DNA of 64,000 bases, from assembly GCA_903831305.1 (NCBI GenBank), contig CAIKXE010000004.1, positions 9,026 through 73,025 on the forward strand. The letters run 5' to 3'. Both the position numbers and the translations under genes were made by a program. Source of the DNA: an uncultured bacterium. Lineage in GTDB: Bacteria; Patescibacteriota; Minisyncoccia; Phycocordibacterales; GWA1-40-21. This document shows positions 38,065-45,883 of this stretch, piece after piece; within the stretch, counting starts at the first letter, position 1, and every line of letters starts with the position of its first letter. The notes beneath the pieces were generated by a model, which saw nothing but the letters and a program-made list of their open reading frames with translations, was not told the origin of the DNA and made no database searches.

Positions 38065-38160
38065 CCGGGAATATAATTTTTGGAGTGCGCATAATTTTCT
38101 GCTGAAAATTTGCTCTCTCTCGCCTACCCGGCTGTGAAGCCTCCAAAATCATATTCCCGG
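38065..38160 (+). repeat. Family B conserved structured element, copy 1
   Basis: ccgggaatat | aattttggagtgcgcataattttctgctgaaaatttgctctctctcgcctacccggctgtgaagcctccaaaatcat | attcccgg. The core of about 78 nt is at least 95% identical at about 45770-45882 (minus) and 57198-57290 (plus). It contains the inner palindrome aattttc tgc tgaaaatt. Confidence 0.75.
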
Positions 38161-38167
38161 TATGATT

Positions 38168-38830
38168 TTAGATCTTACGTAAAATCATCTCAAACTTGGG
38201 CTGAGACTTAATGTCCTGAATATCCTTATAAACCACAAAGAAGCGGTATGGGCAAAGCTTTTCAATATCCTCCGGCTTATAAAAGTAATAATATTTCTCA
38301 TCACCCAGGTTCGTAGTCAATTTTTCCTGATAATCACCGTATTTACTAGAAAAAATACACAAAACACCCCCCGGTTTAAGCATTTTGTGGCATTTATCTA
38401 TAATACTAGCCGTTTCCGCCATGTTCATATGCACAAAAAAGGAAAAGGCAAAAATAATACCAAACGTTTCATGAACCTGCCCGCCAACTCCTAGGGTAAC
38501 CTCCATCTGCCGAACATCAACTAACCTAAAGTCCACCCCCGGATTTCTAGCTTTTGCTTCCTTTAAAAGTCCGGCCGAGGCATCTAAACCGATATAATTA
38601 TCCTTACCAAGTCGAGAAACGATATACTCAGCATCCCTACCACTTCCACAGCCAAGCTCCAGCACCTTATCTGATCCACTCTCATTTAGCTTGATGGCTC
38701 TATCAATATCCACCGTACTGACCCCATGACCATCAAAACGTTCCGCATAAAACTGCGGGTTTTTATCATAGGCTTCAATTGTTTTCTTATTTTTGTCCAT
38801 TATTTCCTTCATTTGTTTCATCTGAAACAC
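38168..38830 (-). CDS. Class I SAM-dependent methyltransferase
   Basis: VLELGCGSGRD is motif I, and there is a downstream acidic motif II. 220 aa. No DNA-MTase motifs (no DPPY, no PC). Confidence 0.7.
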   Translation of the reverse strand: MFQMKQMKEIMDKNKKTIEAYDKNPQFYAERFDGHGVSTVDIDRAIKLNESGSDKVLELGCGSGRDAEYIVSRLGKDNYIGLDASAGLLKEAKARNPGVDFRLVDVRQMEVTLGVGGQVHETFGIIFAFSFFVHMNMAETASIIDKCHKMLKPGGVLCIFSSKYGDYQEKLTTNLGDEKYYYFYKPEDIEKLCPYRFFVVYKDIQDIKSQPKFEMILRKI

Positions 38831-38994
38831 TATTTACTAGATATATCCTGTTTCACGTGAAACATTTACCATGTTTGACTTTAATCTAAAAAGTTATTTT
38901 GTCTGTCTATTTAAATATCGTTATTACTAGCCATATTTTGTTAAGGACCTAATTAAATGATCACGAATAGCTCTTTTTTAAGGCCATTTATTGG

Positions 38995-39030
38995 ACGTCT
39001 GTTATCAACATATCCCCATAGTTATCCACA
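38995..39030 (+). promoter_or_regulatory. Two DnaA-box-like 9-mers in a 410-bp AT-rich gene-free region
   Basis: ttatcaaca is one mismatch from consensus, and ttatccaca is the perfect TTATCCACA. They are direct repeats about 20 bp apart. The region 38831-39250 has no ORF and is AT-rich. Confidence 0.3.
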
Positions 39031-39256
39031 GTTTGACCTTTTTAGAAAGTTTACAGAATAAGCATTTTACACTTATAACTATAAACAAAGGCTAGAAAAT
39101 GTGTCAGAGTTTGCCCATCTGTCCTTTATGAGTAAGTACCAAAGAGCTGGTTAAAAAGATTAGTTTATGAGAAAAATAATTTTCTAACCATACTAAGTAT
39201 AGCACCTTAAATTATAATTTGTAAAAAAAATGATTTTAATATATGATAGGGAAGTT

Positions 39257-39327
39257 GCGGGCATGGTTTAGTGGTAGAACAGGTCCTTGCCAAGGATCAG
39301 ACGGGAGTCCGATTCTCCCTGCCCGCA
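39257..39327 (+). tRNA. tRNA-Gly (anticodon GCC)
   Basis: Acceptor gcgggca/tgcccgc, anticodon stem ggtcc/ggatc with loop ttgccaa, T-arm gggag-tccgatt-ctccc. Confidence 0.85.
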
Positions 39328-39356
39328 CTCCGAATTGTTTATTAATACATAACTTT

Positions 39357-39431
39357 GCTCCCATGGTGAAATGGATATCACGCAACGCTTCGGACGTTGT
39401 ATTGTGGGTTCGAGTCCTACTGGGGGCGCCA
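39357..39431 (+). tRNA. tRNA-Arg (anticodon UCG), 3' CCA encoded
   Basis: Acceptor gctccca/tgggggc with a G-U pair, D-stem gtga/tcac, anticodon stem caacg/cgttg with loop cttcgga, T-arm gtggg-ttcgagt-cctac, then gcca. Confidence 0.8.
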
Positions 39432-39577
39432 ATTAAACCGGAGGTTTAATTAGGACGAGAACGGCGGAGCTATATTTTTTCAGCCGAAAAAATAGCGAGC
39501 CGGTGGCCAGCCTAAAATTTCTGACGAGAAATTTTAAGGCGAGGCCGAGATTCCTACCAAACTTTCACATCAAAAAT

Positions 39578-41140
39578 ATGGCTCTAAATAAGTACGAGAT
39601 AAAAAAGTTAGATCTACCACTGGAAGTCATAAATGTCATTCAGACCTTGAAGGATAAGGCCTGCCCGCCCTCCGTAGGTGGCAGGCGGGGTTTTGAAGCT
39701 TATCTCATTGGTGGCTGTGTGCGTGATTTGTTATTAAACAGAAAGCCCAAGGACTGGGATGTGACTACAGATGCTACGCCAGAAGAAATAATTGCTTTGT
39801 TTAAGGATACTTTTTATGAGAATAATTACGGTACAGTGGGGATTGTGAATGAGGAAAGTAAAGATGAAACCCTAAAAGTAATCGAGGTTACGCCATATAG
39901 ACTAGAAGCCGAATACTCCGATAATCGCCGGCCAGATCATGTCACTTTTAGTAAAAATTTAGAAGATGATTTACAAAGAAGAGATTTTACTATCAATGCT
40001 ATTGCTCTAGATATAAAAGAAATAGCCAAAAATAAATCTGTTAAAGGCGGGCCAAAGTTTAGCGGAGAGTATCTGGATTATTATAACGGACATGAAGATC
40101 TGCAGGCTAAAATCATACGGACAGTGGGGGAAGCACATGATAGATTCACGGAAGATGGCCTCCGCATCCTCCGGGCGGTGAGAATTGCCACGGAAATCGG
40201 CTTTTGTATTGATAAAAAGACGGAAAAAGCCATAGTTACGAACGCTTCCTTACTTACCAATATCGCCAAGGAGAGAATCCGTGATGAATTTACCAAGATA
40301 ATTATGTCTGACAACCCCATGGCCGGACTTGTATTATGCCGTAAAATGGGCTTAATTCCTTATATTATACCAAAAATTGAGTCCACAGTGAGTGTTGAGC
40401 AGAGCCGGTCCCATATTTATGATGTTTTTGAGCATAGTTTACGCTCTTTACAGCACACCGCAGATAAAAAATACCCCTTGGAGATACGCCTGGCGGCTTT
40501 GTTTCATGATATCGGCAAGCCACCTACCAGAAGACGTGATAAAGAGCAGGATATTTGGACTTTCTATGGTCATGAGGTAACGGGGGCCAAAATAGTGGCC
40601 GAGATTTTAGCGGATTTACGATTTCCCAAAAAAATAATTGAAAAAGTGACCAAACTGGTGCGCTGGCATATGTTTTTTGCAGATACAGAACAAATATCCC
40701 TGTCCGCCGTACGCCGGATTATTTCTAGTGTCGGCCGTGATAATATTTGGGATCTGATGAACTTGAGGGGAGCGGATAGAATGGGTATGGGAAGGCCAAA
40801 AGAGAGCCCCTACCGCTTGAGAAAGTATCATTCGATGGTGGAGGAGGCTATGACAGATCCCGTGTCTGTAGGCATGCTCGAGATTGATGGTGCCCAGGTG
40901 ATGAAATTCACTGGTGAGGCACCCGGACCAAAAATTGGTTATATGTTACACGCTCTGCTGGAAGAAATGCTAGAAAATCCGGCCCTAAACACGGAAGAGT
41001 ATTTAAAGAAAAGAGCCAAGGAATTAGCCAAATTAGACGCTAATGACCTTAAAAAGCTAGGGGATTCTGGTAAAGAAACCAAGGAAAAAGAAGAGGAAAA
41101 GAAAATTGAGGAAATTCGTAAAAAACATTGGGTGCAGTAA
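39578..41140 (+). CDS. cca: CCA-adding enzyme / tRNA nucleotidyltransferase with a C-terminal HD domain
   Basis: AYLIGGCVRDLLLNRKPKDWDVTT is the Pol-beta NTase head motif, and the HD motif is LAALFHDIGKP. The start is assigned to the internal Met MALNKYEI. Confidence 0.8.
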   Translation: MALNKYEIKKLDLPLEVINVIQTLKDKACPPSVGGRRGFEAYLIGGCVRDLLLNRKPKDWDVTTDATPEEIIALFKDTFYENNYGTVGIVNEESKDETLKVIEVTPYRLEAEYSDNRRPDHVTFSKNLEDDLQRRDFTINAIALDIKEIAKNKSVKGGPKFSGEYLDYYNGHEDLQAKIIRTVGEAHDRFTEDGLRILRAVRIATEIGFCIDKKTEKAIVTNASLLTNIAKERIRDEFTKIIMSDNPMAGLVLCRKMGLIPYIIPKIESTVSVEQSRSHIYDVFEHSLRSLQHTADKKYPLEIRLAALFHDIGKPPTRRRDKEQDIWTFYGHEVTGAKIVAEILADLRFPKKIIEKVTKLVRWHMFFADTEQISLSAVRRIISSVGRDNIWDLMNLRGADRMGMGRPKESPYRLRKYHSMVEEAMTDPVSVGMLEIDGAQVMKFTGEAPGPKIGYMLHALLEEMLENPALNTEEYLKKRAKELAKLDANDLKKLGDSGKETKEKEEEKKIEEIRKKHWVQ

Positions 41141-41143
41141 GGA

Positions 41144-41236
41144 AAAAGCCCAGAATTGTTTGATTTTAAAATGTCTGGCCCTAGTCTGCGACGGGAGATC
41201 CGAGGACTTTTAAAATTAAATAATTCTGGGCTTTTT
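41144..41236 (+). repeat. Family A miniature palindromic element, copy 3, nested in the loop of the cca terminator stem
   Basis: aaaagcccagaatt | gtttgattttaaaatgtctggccctagtctgcgacgggagatccgaggacttttaaaattaaat | aattctgggctttttat. The outer 14-bp stem plus T-tract looks like an intrinsic terminator. Confidence 0.7.
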
Positions 41237-41249
41237 ATACATAATATTT

Positions 41250-41320
41250 AAAATCCCCAGGAAAATCCTCTCCGCTTAACGTCAGAACTAATCGCTCCGA
41301 GGAAATTCCTGGGGATTTTA
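41250..41320 (+). other. Hairpin with the family E conserved loop core
   Basis: aaaatccccagg...cctggggatttt is the stem. The loop ctccgcttaacgtcagaactaatcgctccgagg carries the same 22-nt core as the loop at 30125-30160. Confidence 0.55.
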
Positions 41321-41797
41321 TGAAATCAAAAAACCGCCCCTCAGTGTTTTCTTAGTCGGTAAGAAGACGTTTTGGAACGGTTTTGAAGCCGGTTCCTTTT
41401 GTTTTTGTTGGTACCGTACTTCACGATATGTGTGACATTGATCAGATGTCATTTTTTACTTAAAGAACTGATATTTTCTTCAACACTTTTGGCTGGAGAT
41501 ATTTTGCCGCTTGTGTTGGTCTGGTATTATTATATTCTTTATAAAAGACATGTAAAGGACAGACCTGTGGATAACTTTTTATTCTGTCCTTTATAACGGA
41601 CAACCACCAAAACGAGAGAAGCAAAAAATGTTGTCTTTCATTTGATCCTTATTTTATATTATATTTTTGATATTTAAATTACTCTTGACTTATATCTTAC
41701 ACTATGCCATATTGTTTTACAGAACGTTTTTCATGACTGCTCTCTACGAGCGGGTGGAAACGAAAAGTGTCCTTTCAATGAAAGAGGTCAGGGAAAA

Positions 41798-42082
41798 ATG
41801 AGTAAGGATGTTGTCAAGAAGTTTGAGGAGATCGTCGCCACGACCAGTCCCCGAGTTCGCTTCCGGATCAATAACCACGGCTTGGAAAATGGCGACTTTT
41901 ACCTTTTCCTGTGGAAAGTTGCAACAAGAAGAGAAGAGGCCGTCTTCCTGAGGGATGACGACAAGGTGACCCTCTGCCGTCTGGCTGAACGGCTGGCTGA
42001 AATGCTCGGCAAAGATCTGAGGAACGTCAGCCTCGACCGGGGCTATGAACTAACATATAACCTCCTCACTCCCAAGAAATAG
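41798..42082 (+). CDS. Hypothetical small protein (94 aa), first cassette-like ORF; about 52% GC
   Basis: SD-like ggtcagggaaaaATG. Its GC is elevated relative to neighbours. It is followed by a family D element. Confidence 0.4.
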   Translation: MSKDVVKKFEEIVATTSPRVRFRINNHGLENGDFYLFLWKVATRREEAVFLRDDDKVTLCRLAERLAEMLGKDLRNVSLDRGYELTYNLLTPKK

Positions 42083-42096
42083 GGAGCGGGGGGCTT

Positions 42097-42195
42097 TCCG
42101 CTATGATGGCGGACGCGAGTGGGAGAACGCGTGAGTTTCTCCCCTTTATTCAGTGCAAGATCTAAATCGTGCCTTGATAGAGAAAAACTATTTAT
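42097..42195 (+). repeat. Family D conserved element, copy 1 (about 95 nt; TATAAT-like box, then hairpin gggagaa..ttctccc and T-tract)
   Basis: ccgctatgatggcggacgcgagtgggagaacgcgtgagtttctcccctttattcagtgcaagatctaaatcgtgccttgatagagaaaaactattt. It is about 90% identical to 44442-44538, and a partial copy lies at 43621-43680. Confidence 0.75.
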
Positions 42196-42989
42196 TCTTT
42201 GATCCTTGATTTTTCTATAAGCTCATCACTTTGTTTTTCTGACATTTTCCAAGTGTACTCAAAAAATATTTTAAAAGTCTCCGCTATATTTTTATTCTCA
42301 ATAATCGTAGTAAATAAATTATCCTTGTAGGATGTGATTCCCACTTTATCACCGTAAATAAGTATCTGGGCGGGGACATTAAACTGCTCCCATGGAACCC
42401 AGCACCTAGTTACACTATTATTCTTATCATTTTGGGAAATATGAGATAAAGACATATTTTTTGCTGGAGAAATAACTCTAGTTTTTATACCCTTTTTTAC
42501 TTGCTTCTCAATTTGAGAAGCAACCAAATCCTTGAGCTCAAGTGTATCGTCATCCATGGGAGACCTAATTAACCTAATATCTTGAGTCTCAAAAAGTATA
42601 TCTTCATAAAGTTTATTCAAACCATCCTTACCTTCAAAAAAACGAACATTAGGCTTGCCTGAGAAAAAGTTATATTCAGAAACCAAACTACCAATAATAT
42701 TTTCGATTGAATTTTTGGCGAGCTTAGCCTCCTTTTGTTTCTTTTCAACTAGTTCTAGTATTTTTGAGGGATGAAGGCAGGTAAAAAGGGCAATCTTTGA
42801 AATTCTTTCATTTTTTTCAATCAGACCAAGAGTTACAAGGTCATCCAACACCTTGTAAGCAAGACCACGTTTCAGACCAGCCGAAATAGCTACCTTTCTA
42901 GCAGGCATAAAACCGCCTTTTAATAAAACTTGATAAACATTTGCCTGATCCTTTGTCAGGCCTGATTGAATTAAAAATTGCTCATACAT
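42192..42989 (-). CDS. TrmB-like winged-helix transcriptional regulator (about 33% GC)
   Basis: The N-terminal wHTH QANVYQVLLKGGFMPARKVAISAGLKRGLAYKVLDDLVTLGLIEK resembles the TrmB N-domain. 265 aa. Confidence 0.55.
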   Translation of the reverse strand: MYEQFLIQSGLTKDQANVYQVLLKGGFMPARKVAISAGLKRGLAYKVLDDLVTLGLIEKNERISKIALFTCLHPSKILELVEKKQKEAKLAKNSIENIIGSLVSEYNFFSGKPNVRFFEGKDGLNKLYEDILFETQDIRLIRSPMDDDTLELKDLVASQIEKQVKKGIKTRVISPAKNMSLSHISQNDKNNSVTRCWVPWEQFNVPAQILIYGDKVGITSYKDNLFTTIIENKNIAETFKIFFEYTWKMSEKQSDELIEKSRIKE

Positions 42990-43220
42990 GCAAGTATAAT
43001 ACTAAATTAAAACAGATTTGTCATGTATTAATGACGAAAATAGACTATTCTATATGTACTTTTTATTGTATTATCAAGATTTTATAACAATATTTGACAT
43101 ACCCTACTTATTGGGTTGACATTTATGGTAGGTATGCTAAGATTGTATCAGAAGGTTAGATCCTCGAAAGAAGATAGTGGCTTTATGTAGGTGTGCCAAT
43201 GAACACCAGAGGAGAGAGAT

Positions 43221-43604
43221 ATGAAGTTCGTATTCGTCATGCAACACGTGCCGACAACTGAGCAGTTGTCGGCGGCCGGAGCCGAGGGGCGGGAAGTCGT
43301 TCAGCTGGCCGACAAGAAGTTGTTGGCCGTGCCGGACGACGCATCCCTCGGGCGCGACTGGTTCACCACTCGCGCCGCCGAGATCTTGGCCGCGGTCGGT
43401 GGGCTCCAGGAGGGGGACACTCTCCACGTCATGGGTCAGCAGCAGCTGGCCATGGTGGTCTCGGCGATGGGACGCAAGGCCGGGGCGACACTCGTCGAGA
43501 GTGTCACACCTCGCACCTCTAAGGAGGTGACTCAGCCCGACGGGTCCGTGAGGAAGGAGAGTGTTTTCTCCTTCGCGGGGTTCCGCACAGTCCACCAGTA
43601 CTGA
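43221..43604 (+). CDS. Hypothetical protein encoded by a high-GC (about 63%) segment; probable foreign origin
   Basis: SD gaggagagagat precedes the ATG. GC3-rich codons (gtc, gcc, ggc, ctc), unlike the rest of the window. A partial family D element follows on the same strand. Confidence 0.45.
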   Translation: MKFVFVMQHVPTTEQLSAAGAEGREVVQLADKKLLAVPDDASLGRDWFTTRAAEILAAVGGLQEGDTLHVMGQQQLAMVVSAMGRKAGATLVESVTPRTSKEVTQPDGSVRKESVFSFAGFRTVHQY

Positions 43605-43620
43605 CCGACTGGTGAAAATG

Positions 43621-43680
43621 CCGGTATAATGCCGGCCGTTAAGGGAGAACGCGTAAGTTTCTCCTCTGTCCTCCGCTAAG
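43621..43680 (+). repeat. Family D element, partial or divergent copy
   Basis: ccggtataatgccggccgttaagggagaacgcgtaagtttctcctc. It shares the tataatg.cgg box and the gggagaacgcgt.agtttctcc hairpin. Confidence 0.6.
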
Positions 43681-43764
43681 CGGGGCTGATGAGACTTCCA
43701 TTACAATCTCGTTTGAGGTTGGTGGTAAGACGAAACAGATGTTCTTTGAGAGAAGAGAGATACC

Positions 43765-43881
43765 ATGACAACAAATGATTGGATTCAGATAACCCAGGAA
43801 GTAACAAAGGTACTCCATTTGGTAATGGGACCATTCGCAATCGCGTATTGGCTTTCCGTTGCGCTTAGGAAAAAACCATAA
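43765..43881 (+). CDS. Possible small hydrophobic peptide (38 aa)
   Basis: gagagaagagagataccATG gives MTTNDWIQITQEVTKVLHLVMGPFAIAYWLSVALRKKP. It is below the ORF-track size cutoff. It is weakly supported. Confidence 0.2.
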   Translation: MTTNDWIQITQEVTKVLHLVMGPFAIAYWLSVALRKKP

Positions 43882-44028
43882 ACGAGAGGAGGTGATGCGT
43901 GGAGTTGAGGGACTCCAAATTAAAACCCTCCTGTTCCACGAGTGTGTACTTGTGCTGATGAGTCCAAGAGGACGAAAACAGAGTTCTTTGTTAAAAATTT
44001 CCAGATAATATAGAGGGGGGGATAGGAT

Positions 44029-44370
44029 ATGTGGAACAATGAAGAGCGGTTAACATGTGTTAATGGCGGGGCCAGTTGGGGTCCGGCGACCGTTAAGGCG
44101 GACTTTGGCACCTGGGAAGACCAGTGGGCAACTCTCGGAATTTCCCATGGTCAAGTTTTGACCCTTACCCAAAAAGAAAAGCTAGAGGAATTCAGGAGTG
44201 GGTATATGGGAGATTTTTCAGGCATTCAATTCAAAGCGGAAGAGGGGCGGGTAACACCCGAACTTCTGGCGCTATGGGCCGAGTTAGCTAGAATTGTCCA
44301 AAAAACGGAAAAGAGTTGCAAGCAGGCAACTCAAGATGAACATTATAGGAGGTTTGGTATTAGAATTTGA
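44029..44370 (+). CDS. Hypothetical small protein (113 aa), third cassette-like ORF
   Basis: SD agagggggggataggatATG. It is followed by family D copy 3. Confidence 0.4.
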   Translation: MWNNEERLTCVNGGASWGPATVKADFGTWEDQWATLGISHGQVLTLTQKEKLEEFRSGYMGDFSGIQFKAEEGRVTPELLALWAELARIVQKTEKSCKQATQDEHYRRFGIRI

Positions 44371-44441
44371 AAATACAGTTTTTGTCCCCGTTTGCACTAT
44401 AAGCAAATGGAGAGTCCAGAGGAAGCAGAGCCTCTCAAATT

Positions 44442-44538
44442 CCGCTATAATGACGGACGCAGATGGGAGAACGCGTGAGTTTCTCCCCTTTATTCAGTGC
44501 AGGATCTAAATCATGCTTTGATAGAGGAAAACTATTTT
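44442..44538 (+). repeat. Family D conserved element, copy 3
   Basis: ccgctataatgacggacgcagatgggagaacgcgtgagtttctcccctttattcagtgcaggatctaaatcatgctttgatagaggaaaactatttt. It overlaps the 3' end of the convergent xthA. Confidence 0.75.
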
Positions 44539-45296
44539 AACTCCAGCATCACCGGACAGTGATCACTGCCGAGCATATTGTCCAGAATTTCCGCCCGTTT
44601 CAAGACGGGGAGGAGATCAGGAGAGATGAAAAAATAATCCAACCGCCAACCCACATTCCGCTCCCGAGCAAAAGTCTTCATGTCCCACCAGCTATATTTT
44701 ACTTGCTCCGGATGCAAAGTTCTAAACGTATCTAAATAACCCTTACTGATGACTTTATCCAGCCAATCCCGCTCAATTCGGAGGAAACCAGTGTGATTGG
44801 AATTCTCTTTTGGTCGAGACAAATCTATTTCATTGTGCGCGGTATTTATATCACCGCAAAAAATAACTTTTTTATCTGACTTTCTCAACTTTTCTATAAA
44901 AATCAAAAATTGCTCGTAAAATTCTAATTTATATTTCAACCGCTCCGGATCCACCCCACCGTTTGGAAAGTAACCGTTTAAAAGCACAAAATCCTGGAAA
45001 TAAGCGATGATCATCCGCCCCTCCTTATCCAAATCCCCATTACCCAAACTATATTCCACTTTTTCCGGTTTTATTTTACTGAAGATAGCCACCCCGCTAT
45101 AGCCCTGACGCATTTTAGAATGATCAAAATAAGCGTGATACCCAGCCGGGTTTTTTACTTCCTCCGGTAGCTGATCTGGATGAGCTTTAGTTTCCTGCAA
45201 ACAAAAAATATCTGGATCCAGCTCAAAAATACTATTGAAAGCACCTTTCTTATAAAAAGCCCGGAGACCATTTACGTTCCAAGATATTAATTTCAT
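44532..45296 (-). CDS. xthA: Exodeoxyribonuclease III (AP endonuclease)
   Basis: MKLISWNVNGLRA...CLQETK...SGVAI...GDINTAHNEIDL...GSDHCPV is the ExoIII/EEP signature. Confidence 0.9.
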   Translation of the reverse strand: MKLISWNVNGLRAFYKKGAFNSIFELDPDIFCLQETKAHPDQLPEEVKNPAGYHAYFDHSKMRQGYSGVAIFSKIKPEKVEYSLGNGDLDKEGRMIIAYFQDFVLLNGYFPNGGVDPERLKYKLEFYEQFLIFIEKLRKSDKKVIFCGDINTAHNEIDLSRPKENSNHTGFLRIERDWLDKVISKGYLDTFRTLHPEQVKYSWWDMKTFARERNVGWRLDYFFISPDLLPVLKRAEILDNMLGSDHCPVMLELK

Positions 45297-45368
45297 GCTC
45301 TAATACTAGCATGAAATTAGTATGAGTATAAAGTATAAGTATGTTCTGGAGTCTTTTTGTGCAGTTAG

Positions 45369-45722
45369 CTACTTTAAAAAAGTAAAAAGTTTACCAATAA
45401 CTGGCAATGGTTCCATTTTTCTTTCTAAAACATTTTTAATACCGATAATTAAGAGGGCGAGTATGGCAATATTCCAAATTCCTTTAAACCAAGTCAGTAT
45501 TGAGAGCCAAAATGGTAAATAATCCACTCCAAAATTACCGACAATAGCAACCAGCAACAAAATTATTCCCTGATTGATATGATAATTTAAAAATGAGGAA
45601 CGATTCTTCACCGCGAATAGGGGAATAAGAAATAAAATGTAAGCCAGTATGCCCCATAACTTATCATTATCAATCTGGTGATCAGGATTTACCGCTGGCA
45701 TTTGTTGATTTGAATTATCCAT
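45369..45722 (-). CDS. DUF4870-like small membrane protein
   Basis: 117 aa. KLWGILAYILFLIPLFAVKN...HINQGIILLL is the typical DUF4870 pattern, with three TM segments. Confidence 0.55.
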   Translation of the reverse strand: MDNSNQQMPAVNPDHQIDNDKLWGILAYILFLIPLFAVKNRSSFLNYHINQGIILLLVAIVGNFGVDYLPFWLSILTWFKGIWNIAILALLIIGIKNVLERKMEPLPVIGKLFTFLK

Positions 45723-45769
45723 AATTTTAAATTATTAAATTAATAATAAAGGTATTATAACATAAAAAC

Positions 45770-45882
45770 GGGATGATAAAATAATATGATTTTGGAGGCT
45801 TCACAGCCGGGTAGGCGAGAGAGAGCAAATTTTCAGCAGAAAATTATGCGCACTCCAAAAATTATACTATTTTATCATCCCC
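45770..45882 (-). repeat. Family B conserved structured element, copy 2
   Basis: gggatgataaaataatat | gattttggaggcttcacagccgggtaggcgagagagagcaaattttcagcagaaaattatgcgcactccaaaaatt | atactattttatcatccc. The core is in reverse orientation, with copy-specific 18-bp flanks. Confidence 0.75.
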
Positions 45883-45883
45883 C

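Noticed and set aside
37663-38501. A shared 15-mer cctgcccgccaactc, with extended similarity, inside the coding regions of the YraN-like and methyltransferase genes
   Set aside because: A single 15-mer match in 64 kb is within chance expectation. Both copies encode a similar peptide (GGQ.H), but there is no flanking repeat structure.
39243-39449. 68-aa ORF on the plus strand
   Set aside because: It completely overlaps tRNA-Gly(GCC) and tRNA-Arg(UCG).
43137-43595. 152-aa minus-strand ORF antisense to the high-GC gene
   Set aside because: High-GC DNA yields long shadow ORFs. The plus-strand ORF has an SD, and the family D hairpin plus T-tract lies downstream in the plus orientation.
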